Below, piece after piece: positions 46,701 through 61,860 of a stretch of DNA of 64,000 bases. Source of the DNA: the human T2T-CHM13v2.0 reference genome, Homo sapiens. Positions within the stretch are counted from its first letter, which is position 1. Each line of letters begins with the position of its first letter. The notes under the pieces are model-generated. The model did no database searches and was not told the DNA's origin. It worked only from the letters and a program-made list of their open reading frames with translations. The translations under genes were made by a program, and so were the position numbers. The DNA is taken from NCBI RefSeq assembly GCF_009914755.1, contig NC_060928.1; one strand, written 5' to 3'.

Positions 46701-46889
46701 AAGAAACAGTTCAAAGTATATTTTTAATCTGATGTTGTTAGGGGAGATGGGTGAAGGAGCTGGTGGTGAGAGTTTTGAAAAATCAGCTCCTTGGGATGCT
46801 GAATGTGGCTGTGTATTGAATAAAAGTTATAAACAACAGCAAAAAAGTATTTGAGGGGAACTTCCCAATGATTGGTTCTTTAACTGAGA

Positions 46890-47060
46890 CATATATTATT
46901 ACTTATTATGTGCCAAGTACTATGTGCTTTACACATGCTAACTTTTCTGAATTTCATAACCACTCTGAGTCTGGTATTATTTCTACTTTACAGACGAAGA
47001 AGTGAGGAAAGAACAATCAGGTGACCTGATGAAATTTATGGAGCTAATAAATTGCAAAGC
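46890..47060 (-). mobile_element. MIR SINE
   Basis: ACTTATTATGTGCCAAGTACTATGTGCTTTACACATG...TTTACAGACGAAGAAGTGAGG. Confidence 0.7.
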
Positions 47061-47659
47061 TAATACACTGTTCTTCATTTGGTGTTGACCAAGACTATTT
47101 TGAAACTGAAATCTACTCAGTGTTTTGGAGACACATTGATGAAGTCCAGATTTATTACATATGCTACTTTGGTCACCACCAACTTCTTGGAGTCAGTGTA
47201 ATAATAAGCTCTAAGATTTATTCCAGAAAGTTATAAGAAATCTGATTGCATTAGATGCAAAAAGTAAAAATGGCTGTCTGAGTTATTACACCATCTTAAC
47301 ACAGAAGCCATGGCATTGAAAAGAGAGAGACTGTCTTTACAAACACTTTGAATAACTCGTAACTGTGAATGTGAAATTCTAGGGAGTTTCTGAGTTTGAG
47401 AAACTCAAATACACTCTTTAATATCTGACTCTGCTATAGTTTTCTCAACCATAAAAACACAATAATCTCTCAAGTTTCTAACAGACCATTCCTAGATTTC
47501 TTCCATCTATGTCAGAATTAGAAGCTCACATCTAGCTTTTAAAATTTTAATTTAATTGAAATTTCTATAATTATATTCTGTGGTAAGCAGGGTCTCTGGG
47601 TGAAGACAAAGTTTGAAACAGTTTCCTTTTGCACATAAACACATCGTACATATGATGCA

Positions 47660-47752
47660 TATTTGTATATACATATATGAATGCTCAGGTATATATATAT
47701 GTATATATATGTGTGTGTGTATATATATGTATATATATGTGTATATATATAT
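47660..47752. repeat. (TA)n/(TG)n microsatellite
   Basis: Direct inspection. Confidence 0.88.
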
Positions 47753-48889
47753 GAGAAAGTAGAAAGTATGGTTTCTTTATTAACCAAATTCATAATTCAT
47801 CTGAGAGACAAAAATAAGCCTATTGAGTAATTATTAGAGCAAAAAAAAATCAGTTATCAGTAATGTTAAAGGTGTTTAATTACATTTTCCCCCCAATCAT
47901 TTTCTCAGTAAAGTTTTATTCAGAAACTAAATATGCCAAAGATATAAAACATAGCTTCTGTGGATGAAATGAATGTGGCGAGGCAAGGTTCTTCCACATG
48001 AACAATGCCATACCCCAACATAGTGGAGAGCAGAGCCATGAATGGAAGAAAGAATGAAAACCATTGTTAGAGATTCAGCTCAAGGACTGTAAAGTAACAG
48101 AAAGATCCTCTGGTATAAGATATGTTAGGCAAACTTTATAATGATGAGTTTTAATAAAAGCTTTAAAATTATTCAGAATTTCAGTTTACTTATTTATTCA
48201 TTTATTCATATGTTTTTCACATTTGGACCAAAGAATTAAGATACTCAGTGCAAGGTATTCAATCTGGAAATTGTTTATAATTTCCAAGCTCAAGGCAAAA
48301 ATGTCAAACCTCTCTTTCTTTTTGAAATTAACATTTCACAAGTTAATCCATTCTGTCGTATTCGAGAAAGCATAGTAAAGGTACCTAAGAAGCAATATTT
48401 TTATATAAATCAAAAATATTCTTTTTTTTCAAAAATAGGTTATGTGCATGTCTTATGAGGAAAGAGCTAAAAAAATAAAAAAACTATCAGGAGCAAAATT
48501 ATACCAGTATATTCCATCTTTAAAACAAAAGCACTGTTTGGACAGATATTTAATAATATTACATGGTTTAAATTGAAAGCTGGTAAAAATAACATAAATT
48601 ATTATCATAAATTAAAATCATTTAATGTCATTAAAGTGCGATGGAAAAACTTAATCTTTGCAATTTGACATATTTCTTCTAACAATACAACTTTATTTAC
48701 AATAAAGATGTTACTCATTTCTTTGGGAGTACATCTTAGAGTAACTACATTGTAAAAAATAAAATTATGATGCTATACATAAATGAAACCAACATTTTTA
48801 TACAAGCTATTTGTTTTATTTTTTAAAAAGAGAAGTAGTAAGTAGTATATATTGAGCATTGATTACATAGTTGTTTATATTACTACTTT

Positions 48890-49115
48890 TTAAGGAAGTA
48901 CTGGTAATTAGTAACTGAATATTATGAAAGATCTATGCATTCTGCTAAGTCTGGTGCCAAGTTTGATTCGTAGCTATACACTGACTTAATATTTCAAAAA
49001 TCAGTTTGAGTAACTGAGCCCTGGAGAGATTAAGAAACTTGTCCAGATTTACAAAATCATAAATGACAAAACTGACTTTACAAGCCTAGATCTCTCTTCC
49101 ATCTGTTTTCAAAGA
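48890..49115 (-). mobile_element. MIR SINE remnant
   Basis: GAGTAACTGAGCCCTGGAGAGATTAAGAAACTTGTCCAGATTTACA. Confidence 0.55.
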
Positions 49116-50189
49116 ATCCACAATTCTGTATCCTGAGCCCTTAAAGAGTAATTTTAGAGAACTTGAAACTACTAAATTCCACTGAATATAAATAATAAAT
49201 AAACAATAATTTCTTTATAATATTCATCTACTCCCTGCTAATTGAAGAATGATTAAAAACAAAGCAGTCATAACTCTTTACATCAATCCAAATGTTCCCA
49301 TTCAGATGGGTATGTACAAAGTGAAATGAAATAGAAATAATTATAATGCAAAAATCAAAGATTCAAATTTATGAATTGTTTAAACATTTTGGGCAATTGT
49401 TAACTGTGCTCACTAAATGTATAACTATTCAAGTCTTTTTTTCCACCTGGTTAGTTTATATTTCTGTAATACTTACATTTTCCTTTTCTTTCTCATACTA
49501 TTTATCTTTAAATTCTCATGAAAATTCCATGAAATACTTCATTATTATTCTCATTTTAAGATATTCCAGGGAGGTTAATTTATTTGGCCAGCAGCACACA
49601 CAGACCAAACAACAGGACAAGGAAGCAAACAGCCTTTGGATTTATACCCTCTCGACCAAGCTGGCTGGACTGTTCTACCTTTGTGCTGTGCAGGGAGGTT
49701 ATAAGTTTGCAGGTGTTCTTTTCACCATTTTTATTTAAAAATTATGTTTACCTTCAAACACATATTTACATTTTAAATAAAACATTTGTATTAATTTTAA
49801 ATTATCCAACTCAGTAAGTAATTTCAGAATTTCATTAGGAATAAAGATAAAAAAACTGTTTGATTTTATTTTAAAAAGTAAATATTTGACTTATAGAATT
49901 TTTCACTCAGCAATAATTCAATTTAACTGTGTATATACTGAGTAATAGTAAGAAATTTTTATAGTCATAATCACAAACAATGTCATTAACACAATGCTCA
50001 TATGCAAAATGTTCATTAATATTTGTATTTATACAGGAAAAACACCCACATTGGTATCAGTTGAGAAAACACTGTTATGACTCAGAATCACAAAAATGTA
50101 AAAGTCTATACATATAAAACCTGCCATTAACTTTATTGTCCATCTGTCTGTAGTCTGCAATTCATACTGATGATAATGGAAAATCTTAA

Positions 50190-50822
50190 TATTTCAGTCA
50201 TGTATTTGTTATGTAACAAAGTGGCTCCCTGAGTAATTTAAAGAAGAAAAGTTTATTTCTCTCTGATAGTCAATATATTCAGCCTAAATGGTGCGATAAC
50301 TCTACACCAATAGATGATTAAGGGGCACCAGCTTCTTCCATTTTATGGCAACATCTCAAAAGGTCTCATTTTTTTAAATGGTCAAATTTCTATCACTGTA
50401 TTTCTACCAGGATCTATGCTCCAAAGGGCAGGAAGAAAAAAGATTGTGGCTGAACATGCGTGTAGTATTGAAACTTAGATCCAAAAAACAGTAGATAACA
50501 CTTCTGCTCATATTCTGTAGGTAAGAATAGCACATGGTTATTTCTAGTTGCAAGGGTATATGGCTGCTGGCTAATGGTTTGACCTGTGTAACTAGTAGTC
50601 TGCCATAGTCATATCTTTGATCATTCATCTGTATTCATTCTTCCTCCCATACGTAGATACAATGACTCTATCTCCAAGGAAGACAACCCAATACTACATC
50701 CAGAGAATATCTCTGGCTCAAGGTCTGGAATCTGTCCTGATTAATTCCAGATGAGTGAGGCTCCTTATGAATTAGTGACTTCCTAACTAAAATATATGTT
50801 ATCTGATTCCTCCCTCCCCTAA

Positions 50823-50880
<58 letters not shown>

Positions 50881-51110
50881 ATAAATGCATATTCAGCAAC
50901 AGGAGAGGATCATCATAACAAAATCTTTCATTCAGAAATGGAAATAATGAGAAGTACCAAGTGGCCATGGGTTCATAAGAATAATAGAATCCCACAGGGC
51001 TGAAATTCCAGACACCTCCCTTGAACTGACAGTGAAGAATTTTCTTGATTTGAGCCTGGTGTTCTCTGGGAAGAATTGCCTTCACTGTTACAAGAAGGAA
51101 GGGCAATATA
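50190..51110 (-). mobile_element. Old MLT1 (J/K-type) LTR plus adjoining MaLR internal remnant
   Basis: TCAGTCATGTATTTGTTATGTAACAAA...TTTATTTCTCTC, CACTTCTGCTCATATTC...CACATGG, and internal-like CATTCAGAAATGGAAATAATGAGAAG. Confidence 0.55.
50825..50879. repeat. Perfect (TC)27 microsatellite
   Basis: Direct inspection; gives the ERERER run in ORF 50819-51106. Confidence 0.97.
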
Positions 51111-51195
51111 TCATTGTGTCTTTAGCCTTGAAATTGAGGACAAGAGAAAGTACATAAACATGGAGGTGTGGAAAGTCCCTCTATGAAGGGATACT

Positions 51196-51340
51196 TAGGG
51201 AGACCATATAATTTGTTATAGAATAGAGATACATTTGAGACTGAAATGTGATACTCAAAATAATTAACAGCTTTTTACCTGAATGTTAGGCGCATTAGCC
51301 AGGATTTTTCCTAGACAACTTATAATGCATGTTCATTCTC
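51196..51340. mobile_element. MER94-like hAT-Blackjack MITE
   Basis: TAGGGAGACCATATAATTT left terminus, TTTGAGACTGAAA...AATAATTA and degenerate ATGTTCATTCT right terminus. Confidence 0.6.
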
Positions 51341-52186
51341 TTTCAACCTAGAAAAAGTTGCAGCCATGGGAGAAGGCCTGTCTAGTGAGACCTGTGGCCA
51401 TAGTTAGAGACCTCCTTCCATGGAGGAAGGAAGATTATGAAGGTTGGGAATAAATACTTCAGTCCATGGTCCTCTTTTTTATTCAGTCCTCTTTTTGCCA
51501 GTGCCTTCCATTTCTTCTCTAGTGTTGTAGTCTCTATCTGTGCGGCGGGTGAGGTATTGGGGAATTAACTAACACATATTTCCTACTAAAATATATATAC
51601 ACTTTCATCCACTATGTATTCATTGAACAAATATAGCACCTATATAGCTTCATCAACGTGTTTTTGGGCAGAAACTCTCTAGTGTTGTAAACTCCCCAGT
51701 TCACAGTAATTTCCACATGGGGCTCTTCATTTATTTTAATCACCTGCTTATTAGTCACTATTAGCATCCTTAAGCATATGATATTGTGACACAGATAGTG
51801 AAGGAAAGAATAATTTGGCAGAAAAGAATGTTCAACATAGAAAGGTAGAGAAATAATGGTTATTGTAATAAAATCTGGTGGTGTTTATTCAGCAAATTCT
51901 AGGAAAGAGTCATCTAATCAGCGACTTCACTCACTTAGTCCATTCGACAAGTATATTCTTAATATAGAAATAGGTGCATTAGATCAACTTAGCCTAAAGC
52001 CAGTAAACACTTGAATTATATAATTCATATTGCCCTATATTCATATGTAATATAATTATGTATGTAATTATAAGTTGTATAGTTGCCCTCAAATTATATA
52101 ACTTATATTGCCCTGTATGAAATCACCAAGGAACTTAGTTCCTATATAAATCACTTCACTTGTCAAATGGATAAAATCGTCTAGTC

Positions 52187-52497
52187 CAGCACTGTCGGTA
52201 GAAACATAATGTAAGCCATATGTGTGATTTTACATTGTCTATGTACAATATTTAATAAAAGGAAAGAAAACAGGTATAATTAATGACTCATTTATATCAT
52301 CTCAATCTATATAACAGTATTTTAATTTATAATAAAAATTAATAATATATTTGCATTTTTCTGGTACTAAATATCTGAAATTCAATGTCTATTTTTTACC
52401 TGTAAGTTTGCTATAACACATCTGACTTTGTAGTAGATGCATTTTAAGTGCTCGGTAGGCACATTTAGCTAGTGGCTATCGTATGAGATCAATAGGC
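52187..52497. mobile_element. MER33 hAT-Charlie element
   Basis: CAGCACTGTCGGTAGAAACATAATGTAAGCCA...AAGTGCTCGGTAGGCACATTTAGCTAGTGGCTATCGTAT; CTAG-type flanks. Confidence 0.8.
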
Positions 52498-55073
52498 TTA
52501 GTCTACTTGAAACTTGTGTATATCATTGTAAATTTCAAACTGTGTATCTGTCAAAATCTTGCACATTTAGTTGTTGTTAGTTTTTCTTAGTCTATTGTAA
52601 CATGTATCTCACATAATATGAACATTCTTGGTCTGTTAAACTAACAACAAGAACCTATTACCCAATAACTCCTTCTATAGATCGGCCTGAACTACCAGTT
52701 TATTGCTAATAAGCTACTTCACTCCTATCAGCAATTAGATCTGGAGATACTTTTCTTTTGGAATATTCTCTGATATTATACTTGACCTTTATTTTGTTCA
52801 TTTGAGGTCATTAATCAAAGAATAACAAAACTGCTGACCATTTTCTCCAAATCCTACAAAAAAATATTCTGGGATCTTTTTTAAAGAGTCTTTCTTTGCC
52901 ATGATATGTCTTTAAAAGGGTTATGAATTTGTTCCAGCTGTCTCTTTGACCATCATAGTTTGTTATGAAAGTTCAAGACAGATGTTTCACTCTCACCTGT
53001 CATTGGTCAAAAGCATTGCCCAGAGGTATTTTTCACTGCTTTCCTTATTTAACATTACCATGAAAGGGAAAAAGGCACCTGTTCACCAGCCTTCTTCCTG
53101 TCTTGAGTACTTTATGTCACTGATTCTCAAAAAACAACAATAAAAAATACAGCCTGTTAAAAGTACATGGCAATATCTAAATTCTTCTGGTGAATAGCTG
53201 CATTTTATATGCTGAAATTGTCATTCATCTTGCATTATTTACTGCTTGTATAAATGGACTAGTTTCCAAGATGCTGTTGAAGCTTAAGCAATAGCAACAA
53301 CAAAAAAAGTTCTATTAGGAAAAAGCCTTCTGGCAATGCTTGCTGCACAGGCCATTGCTTCCCACCATCAGTAAACTGTGGAGTTCACTAAAAGTAATTT
53401 AGACTAATGGTTTGCTGAAAGGCAATCCAAATAATGTGCCATTATAGAATAATGAAAACTGCCTTTATTTCTTGATTAGTCACTGGAAGATATCTTGCAG
53501 AGATGTTGGAAAGAACCTGTAAACACTTTTCAGGTCTTCCTCAAATAGGCAGCCTGTTGTCTTGAGTGAGGTAGCTAGGTTTCTGTATGAAAGAAAAGGC
53601 TTTGCTATCTAGTGAGAACTGCCATGCAGTAGGGATCACCAGATCTGTATTCCAAATAGATTTATAGTTCCCACTTTAAGGACTATGTTAATTATTAATG
53701 ATAATTCAAGCAAACAGATATATAAATGCAAATGCCAAATACAGTGAGATATGACATTATAATAAATATAAACCTAGATTATCTAAAGCTATAAAAATTA
53801 ATGGAGAAACAAACACAAATATCATGATATAAATAAAAAAACTCATACTGAATTATTCTAGAAATCTGTGGAAGATTTTACTTTTACTTACAATAAATCA
53901 TATAATTAAATTATTTACTTAATTCTAATGAATTGAGTCATACAGAGTAAATCTATTTATTTGTCCCTTTACACTATTGTAAAAAGATCGCTTTCATGAT
54001 TTAAACATGATCAGCTGTTTATGCAAGCAATGATAAATAATTTTGATACAATCTGTGCCACCTAATAAAAAAAGTTATTGAAAGTGGTCTCATCTACATA
54101 ATATAAAATATAATTGAATCAAATTTAGTGTCAATAATAATATATATTCAATTAGAGAAAACTCAATCATTTGTTATGTGGAATATAGACAAAATTATGC
54201 CATCAGGCTGATATCATGCTGACATGTTTTTTCTATCATAAAAATGAAACCTATCAAGTCCATTGCTGGTGGCTTGATAATTAATAGCTTCTGCCCTTCA
54301 ACTGTATCCTTTTGTTCCCAGCTTTACTGAGAAACTGACAAATAAAATTGACAATTGCAAATTATAAATAAAAATTATATATATTAAAAGTGTACAATGA
54401 GATGTTTTAATATTTATGTACTCTGTGAAATGATTGGCACTATCAAGCTAATGAGCATCTTCATCACATCACATAATTATCTTCTTTTGCATGTGTGGTA
54501 TGTATCCTTAAAATTACTCTCAGCAAATTTCAAATATGCAATACATTATTATTAATTATTATCACCATGCTATACATTAGGTCTTCAGACTTATGCATAT
54601 AATAAATACGAGTTTTTAACCATTGACCAACATCTCTCCATTTCCCCCAACCCTGGTAATCACCCTCCTACTCTATGTTCTGTAAGTTCAACTTTTTTAT
54701 ATTCCACATATGAGTGAGATAATACAATATTTAAATTTCTGTTTCTGGCTTATTTCCTTTTGCAAAATGTCATTCAGTTTCATCCATGTTGTTGCAAATG
54801 GCAATATTTCCTTCTTTTGTAAGGTTGAATAATATTCCATTGTGTAGATATACCGCATATTCTTTCTCCTTTTACCCACTGATGGACTCTTAGGTTGATT
54901 CTATGTATTAGCTATCATGAATAATGCTGCAATGAACATGAGTGTGCAGTCATCTCTTTGAAATCTGTCTTTCAATTCTTAAGGATATATACGCCGAAGT
55001 GAAATTGCTGGTTCATATGGCAGTTCTATTTTTAACTTTTTGAAGAACCTCCATACCGTTGTCTATATGCTTG

Positions 55074-56355
<1,282 letters not shown>

Positions 56356-56838
56356 GCTGTACCAATTTATATTCCCACCAACAATTCATAAGGGTTTCTT
56401 TTTTCCTCCATATCTTCACCAACACTTTTTATGTTTTCAGTTTTTGATAATAGTGATCCTAACAGGTATGAGGTGATACCTCATTTTGATTTTGATTTGA
56501 GTTTTCCTGATGATTAGTGATGTTGAGCAGATTTTCAAATATATATTGCCTATCTGCATGTCTTCTTTGGAAAAATGTCTATCCACAGCCTTTGCCCATT
56601 ATTCCTTAACATTACTAGTTTGTTTGTTTATTTTTGCTACTGCTTTATATGAGTTCCTTGTGTAGTTTGAATACTAATCCCTTATTAAATTTGTGATTTT
56701 CAAACATCTTCTCCAATTCTGTGAGTTTCCTTTTCATTATGTTGACTTATTTTCCTTTTTTAGTTGCTGTGCAGAAACTGTTTAGTTTGGTATAGTCTCA
56801 TTGTTTAATTTGCTTTTGTTGCCTTTACTTTGGGTACC

Positions 56839-59047
56839 TGATATAGTTTGGATGTTTGTCCCCTCCAAATCTCATGTTGAAAATATACCCCCTGATGTTG
56901 GAAGTGGGGCCTAGTGGAAGGCTTCTGGGTTACAGGGGAGGATCTCTCATGAATGGCTTGGTTCTGTCTTAATAATAATGAATGAGTTTTTGTGAGCTCT
57001 GGTTATTTAAAAGTGTGTGGCACATCCCTCCTCTCTCTCTTGCACCTGCTATTGCCATATAAGATGCCTGCTCCCCCTTCACCTTCTGCCATGATTGTAA
57101 TTTTCCTGAGGCCCTCATGAGAATCAGATGGTGGCACCACACTTCCTGCATAGCCTGCAGAACAGTGAGCCAAAATAAACTTTTCAATAAGTTACTTAGT
57201 CTCAGGTATTTCTTTACAGAAATGCAAACATAGCCTCACATAGAAAATTCATACAAGGAGTATGGGACAACACTGTCTCACTCCTGGTATGAAGGTGCTG
57301 AAGGATGTGGAAGCATCTTTGGAACTTGGTAATAGGCAGAGGTTGGCAGAGTTTGGAAGGCTCTGAAGAAGACAGGAAGATAAGGGAAATTTTGGAATTT
57401 CTTAGAGATGTGTTAAACAGTTGTGAGCAAAATATTGGTAGAAATACGAACAGCGAACATCAGACTGATAAAGTCTCAGATGGAAATGAGGAAGTTATTG
57501 GGAACTGGAGTGAGGGTCACCCTTGTTAAGCCCTAGAAAAAAAATTTGGCTGCATTGTTTTCATGTCCTAGGGATCTGTGGATATCTGAACTTAAGGGTG
57601 ATGACAGGGTATCTGGGGAAGAGATTTCTAAGCAGCAAAGTGTTCAAAAAGTGACCTGGCTGCTTCTAACAACCTATGATCAGCTATGGGACTTAAAGCT
57701 GGAACTTAAAAGAGAAGCAGTGTAAAAATTTGGAAAATTTGCCACCTGACCATCTGGCAGAGAGAGAAGCCAAGCAGGCTGCAGAGGAATGACTTGCAAG
57801 CCAGATTAGCGTGGCTAAAAGGAAATCAATTGCTAAAATTCAAGAAAATAGGAAAAAGGCCTCAAAGCCATTTTAGAGATCTTTAAGATAGCCCATCGCA
57901 TCACAGGCCCAGAGAATTAGGGGAAAATAACTCTTTTTTGGGCCAGGCCCAGGGCCCCACTGACCTGCACAACCTTAGGGACTGTTCCCTGCATCCCAGC
58001 TGCTCCAGCTTCAGGCTCAGTTCAAAGGATCCCAGATACTGCTTGACCCACTCTTGGAGAGTACAAACCACCATGATCCTTGGTGGTGTCCAGGTGGTGT
58101 TAAGTTTGCAGGGGCATGGAATGCAAGAGTGAAGGAGGCTTGGCAGCTTCCCCTTAGATTTCAGAGGGTGTACGAGAAAGCCTGGGTACCTAGACAGAGA
58201 CTGCTGCAGGGGCAGAACCATCACAGAGAATTTCTACTAGGCTAGTGTGGAGGGAAAATGTGGGATTGGAGCCCCCACACAGAATCCCCACCAGGGCACT
58301 GCCTAGTGGAGCTGTGGAAATGGGGCCACCATCCTCCAGACTTGAGAATGATAGGTCCACTGGTAGCTTGCCTCCAGCATGAAGAAGCCACAGGAACTCA
58401 ATTCCAACCCATGAGAGTAGCTGCAAGAGCTGAACCTTGCAAAGCCACAGTGTTGGAGCTGCCCAAGGGCATGGGAGCCTACTGCTTGCACCAGAGTGCC
58501 TTGCAGGTGGAACATGGAGTCAAAGGAGAATATTTTGGAGCTTTAAGATTTAGTGACTGCCCTGCTGGGTTTTGGACTTGTGTGGGGCCTACTGCCCCTT
58601 TCTTTTGTCCAACTTTTCCCCTTTGGAGCAGTAATGTTTACCAAATGTCTGCATATCTATTTTATCTTGGGAATAAATAACTTGTTTTGATTTCACAGAC
58701 TCATGGTTAGAAGGAGATGAGTCTGAGATGAGACCTAGGATTTGGGACTTGATGCTGAAATAAATACTTTGGGGGACTATTAGCAGGGTATGATTATATT
58801 TTTCAATGTGAGAAGGACATAAGATTTGAGTGGCAACTCCCACTTCTCTCTTGCTCCTGGGCTCACCATATGAGATGCTTGCTCCCCCTTCATCATCCAC
58901 CATAATTGTAAGCTTCGTTAGAAGCAGAGGCTGGTACCACACTTCCTGTATAGCTTACAGAACCAAGAGCCAAATTAAACCTCTTTTCTTTGTAAATTAC
59001 CCAGTCGCAGGTATTTCTGTATAGCAATGCAAAAATAGCCTAATACA
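56839..59047 (+). mobile_element. MSTB MaLR provirus: 5' LTR 56839-57242, internal 57243-~58830, partially deleted 3' LTR ~58830-59047
   Basis: TGATATAGTTTGGATGTTTGTCCCCTCCAAATCTC start, MST-int landmarks (GAGGAAGTTATTGGGAACTGGAG, GGATTGGAGCCCCCACACAGA) and GCCTAATACA end. TSD GTACC/GTATC. Confidence 0.93.
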
Positions 59048-59924
59048 GTATCAGATCCAAAAAATCATCACCAAGACCACTGTCATAGAACTTTTCTCCT
59101 ATGTTTTCTTCTAGAAGATTTACAGTTCCAGGTCTTACAATTAAGTCTTTGAAACAATTTTTAGTTTTTTGTTATTGTGTAAGAAGATCCAATTTCATTA
59201 TATTTGTTTGTAAAAATTCAGTTTTCCCATCACCATTTATTGAAAAGATCTTCCTTTCATCCTTGTGTATTCTTGTCACATTACCAAAGATTACTTAATT
59301 ATATATGCCTGGGTTAATTTCTGGGCTTTCTATTCTGCTCCCTTTGTTTTTTATCTCTGCTTTTATGCCAGTACAATATCATTTGATGACTGTATTTTTG
59401 TAATATAATTTGGATAGGAGGCTTCTAACTTTGTTCTTCTTTCTCAAAATTGCTTAACTATTCAGTCTTGTGGTTCTTCAATAATTTTACGATTGTACTT
59501 ACTCTTTTTTCTTTCTAGGAACTGCAATTAGAAACAATTAAGTCTCACATAACTAGAGGTGCTGTTTACAGATTGGGTTGACTGAGGGAATGCTCTTAGG
59601 CTGAATCTGGGTTTTCTTTATTTTCCAAGGTGAGAAAAGTTTTACTCAAGTCCTGCATTGGGGAAGGGGATGCTAACCACAATTTATCTCCCCAGTCTGA
59701 GAGGTCTTTTTACTATCTCAGATGTAGCAGTCTGGACCTACTTATGGCCCCAGACACTGTTTCTCTCACTCACTTCTCTTCGTAAATAATATAGAGAAAA
59801 AAATTCTTCCTTTTCAATTGTATAGCTTTTCCAAAAAGAATACATAATAAAAAGATTGGAGTCTCTAGAGACAAAGTTTCATCAATTTATCATGTATTCA
59901 TCTTTGCTATATTCACAAAAGAAC

Positions 59925-60193
59925 TTTTTTTTTTTTTTTGAGACTGAGTCTCGCTCTGTCGCACAGGCTGGAGTGCAGTGGCAGCGATCTTGGCTCACTG
60001 CAACCTCCACCTCCCAAGTTCATGCCATTCTCCTGCCTCATCCTCCTGAGTAGCTGGGACTACAGGCACCCACCACCAAGCCCGGCTAATTTTTTGTATT
60101 TTTAGTAGAGACGGGGTTTCATCATGTTAGCCAGGGTGGTCTTGATCTCCTAACCTCGTGGTCCACCCACCTTGGCCTCCCAAGGTGCTGGGA
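59925..60193 (-). mobile_element. Alu (old AluY/AluSc8-like), about 25 nt 5'-truncated
   Basis: TTCATGCCATTCTCC and TGTTAGCCAGG...GATCTCC diagnostics; stops at GTGCTGGGA. TSD AAGAACTTT/AGGAACTTT. Confidence 0.92.
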
Positions 60194-60409
60194 AGGAACT
60201 TTCATGTGATATGAATCAAGTGGGATGTGTACCAGAACCAGAGCAGATGTCTCATACTGACTTTGAAATTGTTTTTGTACCATCCATGGTATTATTTTTT
60301 TCATTGATTCTTCATGGTTTCCACTAGATCGTCTCTATTTTCCCTCAATGTTTATATATTTCATGCAGTTAGATTTTATTTTAGCTTATTAAATTAAGAA
60401 GACTTTTTC

Positions 60410-61860
60410 AGCATTTTACTGTGAAAGTTTTCAAACGGAAAAGTTTTTAAAATTTTGCATTGACTGCCCAAATATCTATCACCAAGATTGTACAATTAGC
60501 ATTTTAACTATTTTAGATTTATCACACATCTTTGCATCTATTCATTTGGCACTAGATATTTAACTTTGCCTTTTAAAAATTTAATATTAATAAATTTAAT
60601 ATGAATTTTTCTAAATTTGCTATAAGTTTCATTTTATATTTTGTCATTATTTATTTTCTATCTATTTCTAGGAGCATATTATTTTAATTTTTTATATCTG
60701 GCTTTAGAAGGTATACTGATTATAGCTCCTATTCCCCAAAATTATAAACAATATACTGAAAACTAATAATTCCACATTTATTTTTGTTAGTTAATAAATA
60801 ATAACTTTTTAGTATAAAAGAGGAGAAAATTTGAACACCTATATTTCCATCTACCTCTGTTTGCCATCTTAACTTTAAATATACCTTGCTCTGGGTTGTA
60901 ACATTTCTAAATTATTTTAATATTTCTCTCAATTATTTATTCTTAGGTTTTATTAGTGGGATTTGGTACTTACCACTATTTTTTTAACCTTTGCTTCTTT
61001 CTCTGTTATGGAGTTCTTCATTTTGATTCATCTCATCTTTGGCTGAATATTTTTGCCTATAGTTTGCCTTTTTGTTGTAATAGTTTTTCCAAGACTAATT
61101 TGTTGAGCTGTGATCTATGAATTCTTACATGAGAACATAAAACCCTTAGATCATATTTCTTTTTTTCTAGAACTTTACAGACATCATTATACTTTCTTTT
61201 GTCAGGGAATGATGCTCTGGATAATCTGAAGTCAGCCTGATTCCCTCTGTGTTAGGTGTCTCTTTACATCAACTGGAGATCTTTGTTGTTGTTTTCTTTA
61301 AGTTCGTAATATTTATCAAGGTAAAATGTATGAGAAGTAATTATTAGTAATTTTCCTAGTACACATTGTACATTGTGATTTAAATATTCCATTCTTTATT
61401 TAAGAAAACCATTATTGTAAATATTTTTCTTCAACACTGTTCTTTGGTGTAGAAATGCTAACTATAGAGAATAGACCTCTTTTGACTTTTATATGTATCA
61501 CTTTTATGCATTATTCCTCTGTTGTTTTCTATTTCATTAAATGTGACTTTACTTATCTGTGCCTAACTCAATTTTCAGCGAAATTTATTTTACTCCTTTT
61601 TCCTTCTAATGTGACATTAATTTTTGAAATGATTTAATTTTACTGTAAATTTTTTCCAAGTTCTTCTTACTCACTTTGTATTCCCTTTTGTGAAGAGTAA
61701 TTATCTCTTCTTTCATTTATCATTAGTTATTTTTTAGTTTCTTTAAAATAATTTGTATATTGCTGTTGAGACTATGGGGAAGTATTTTTTAAAAAATTAC
61801 AAGTGCAATTCATCTAATTGAAAAGCTTCATCTGTTTTTGGTTTATGTTTTATCCTATCT
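60410..61860 (-). mobile_element. Very old L1-related remnants (L1MC-type 3' piece plus HAL1/L1ME ORF1-like)
   Basis: T-rich strand bias; ORF1-like reverse motif GATAATCTGAAGTCAGCCTGATT at ~61220. Confidence 0.45.

Noticed and set aside
49346-49738. 130-aa ORF
   Set aside because: AT-rich F/I/L-biased translation overlapping a MIR-like remnant; no homology or splice support.
57901-59024. Cluster of overlapping ORFs
   Set aside because: All lie in the GC-richer MSTB internal region and LTR; fragmented, with no intact MaLR ORF.
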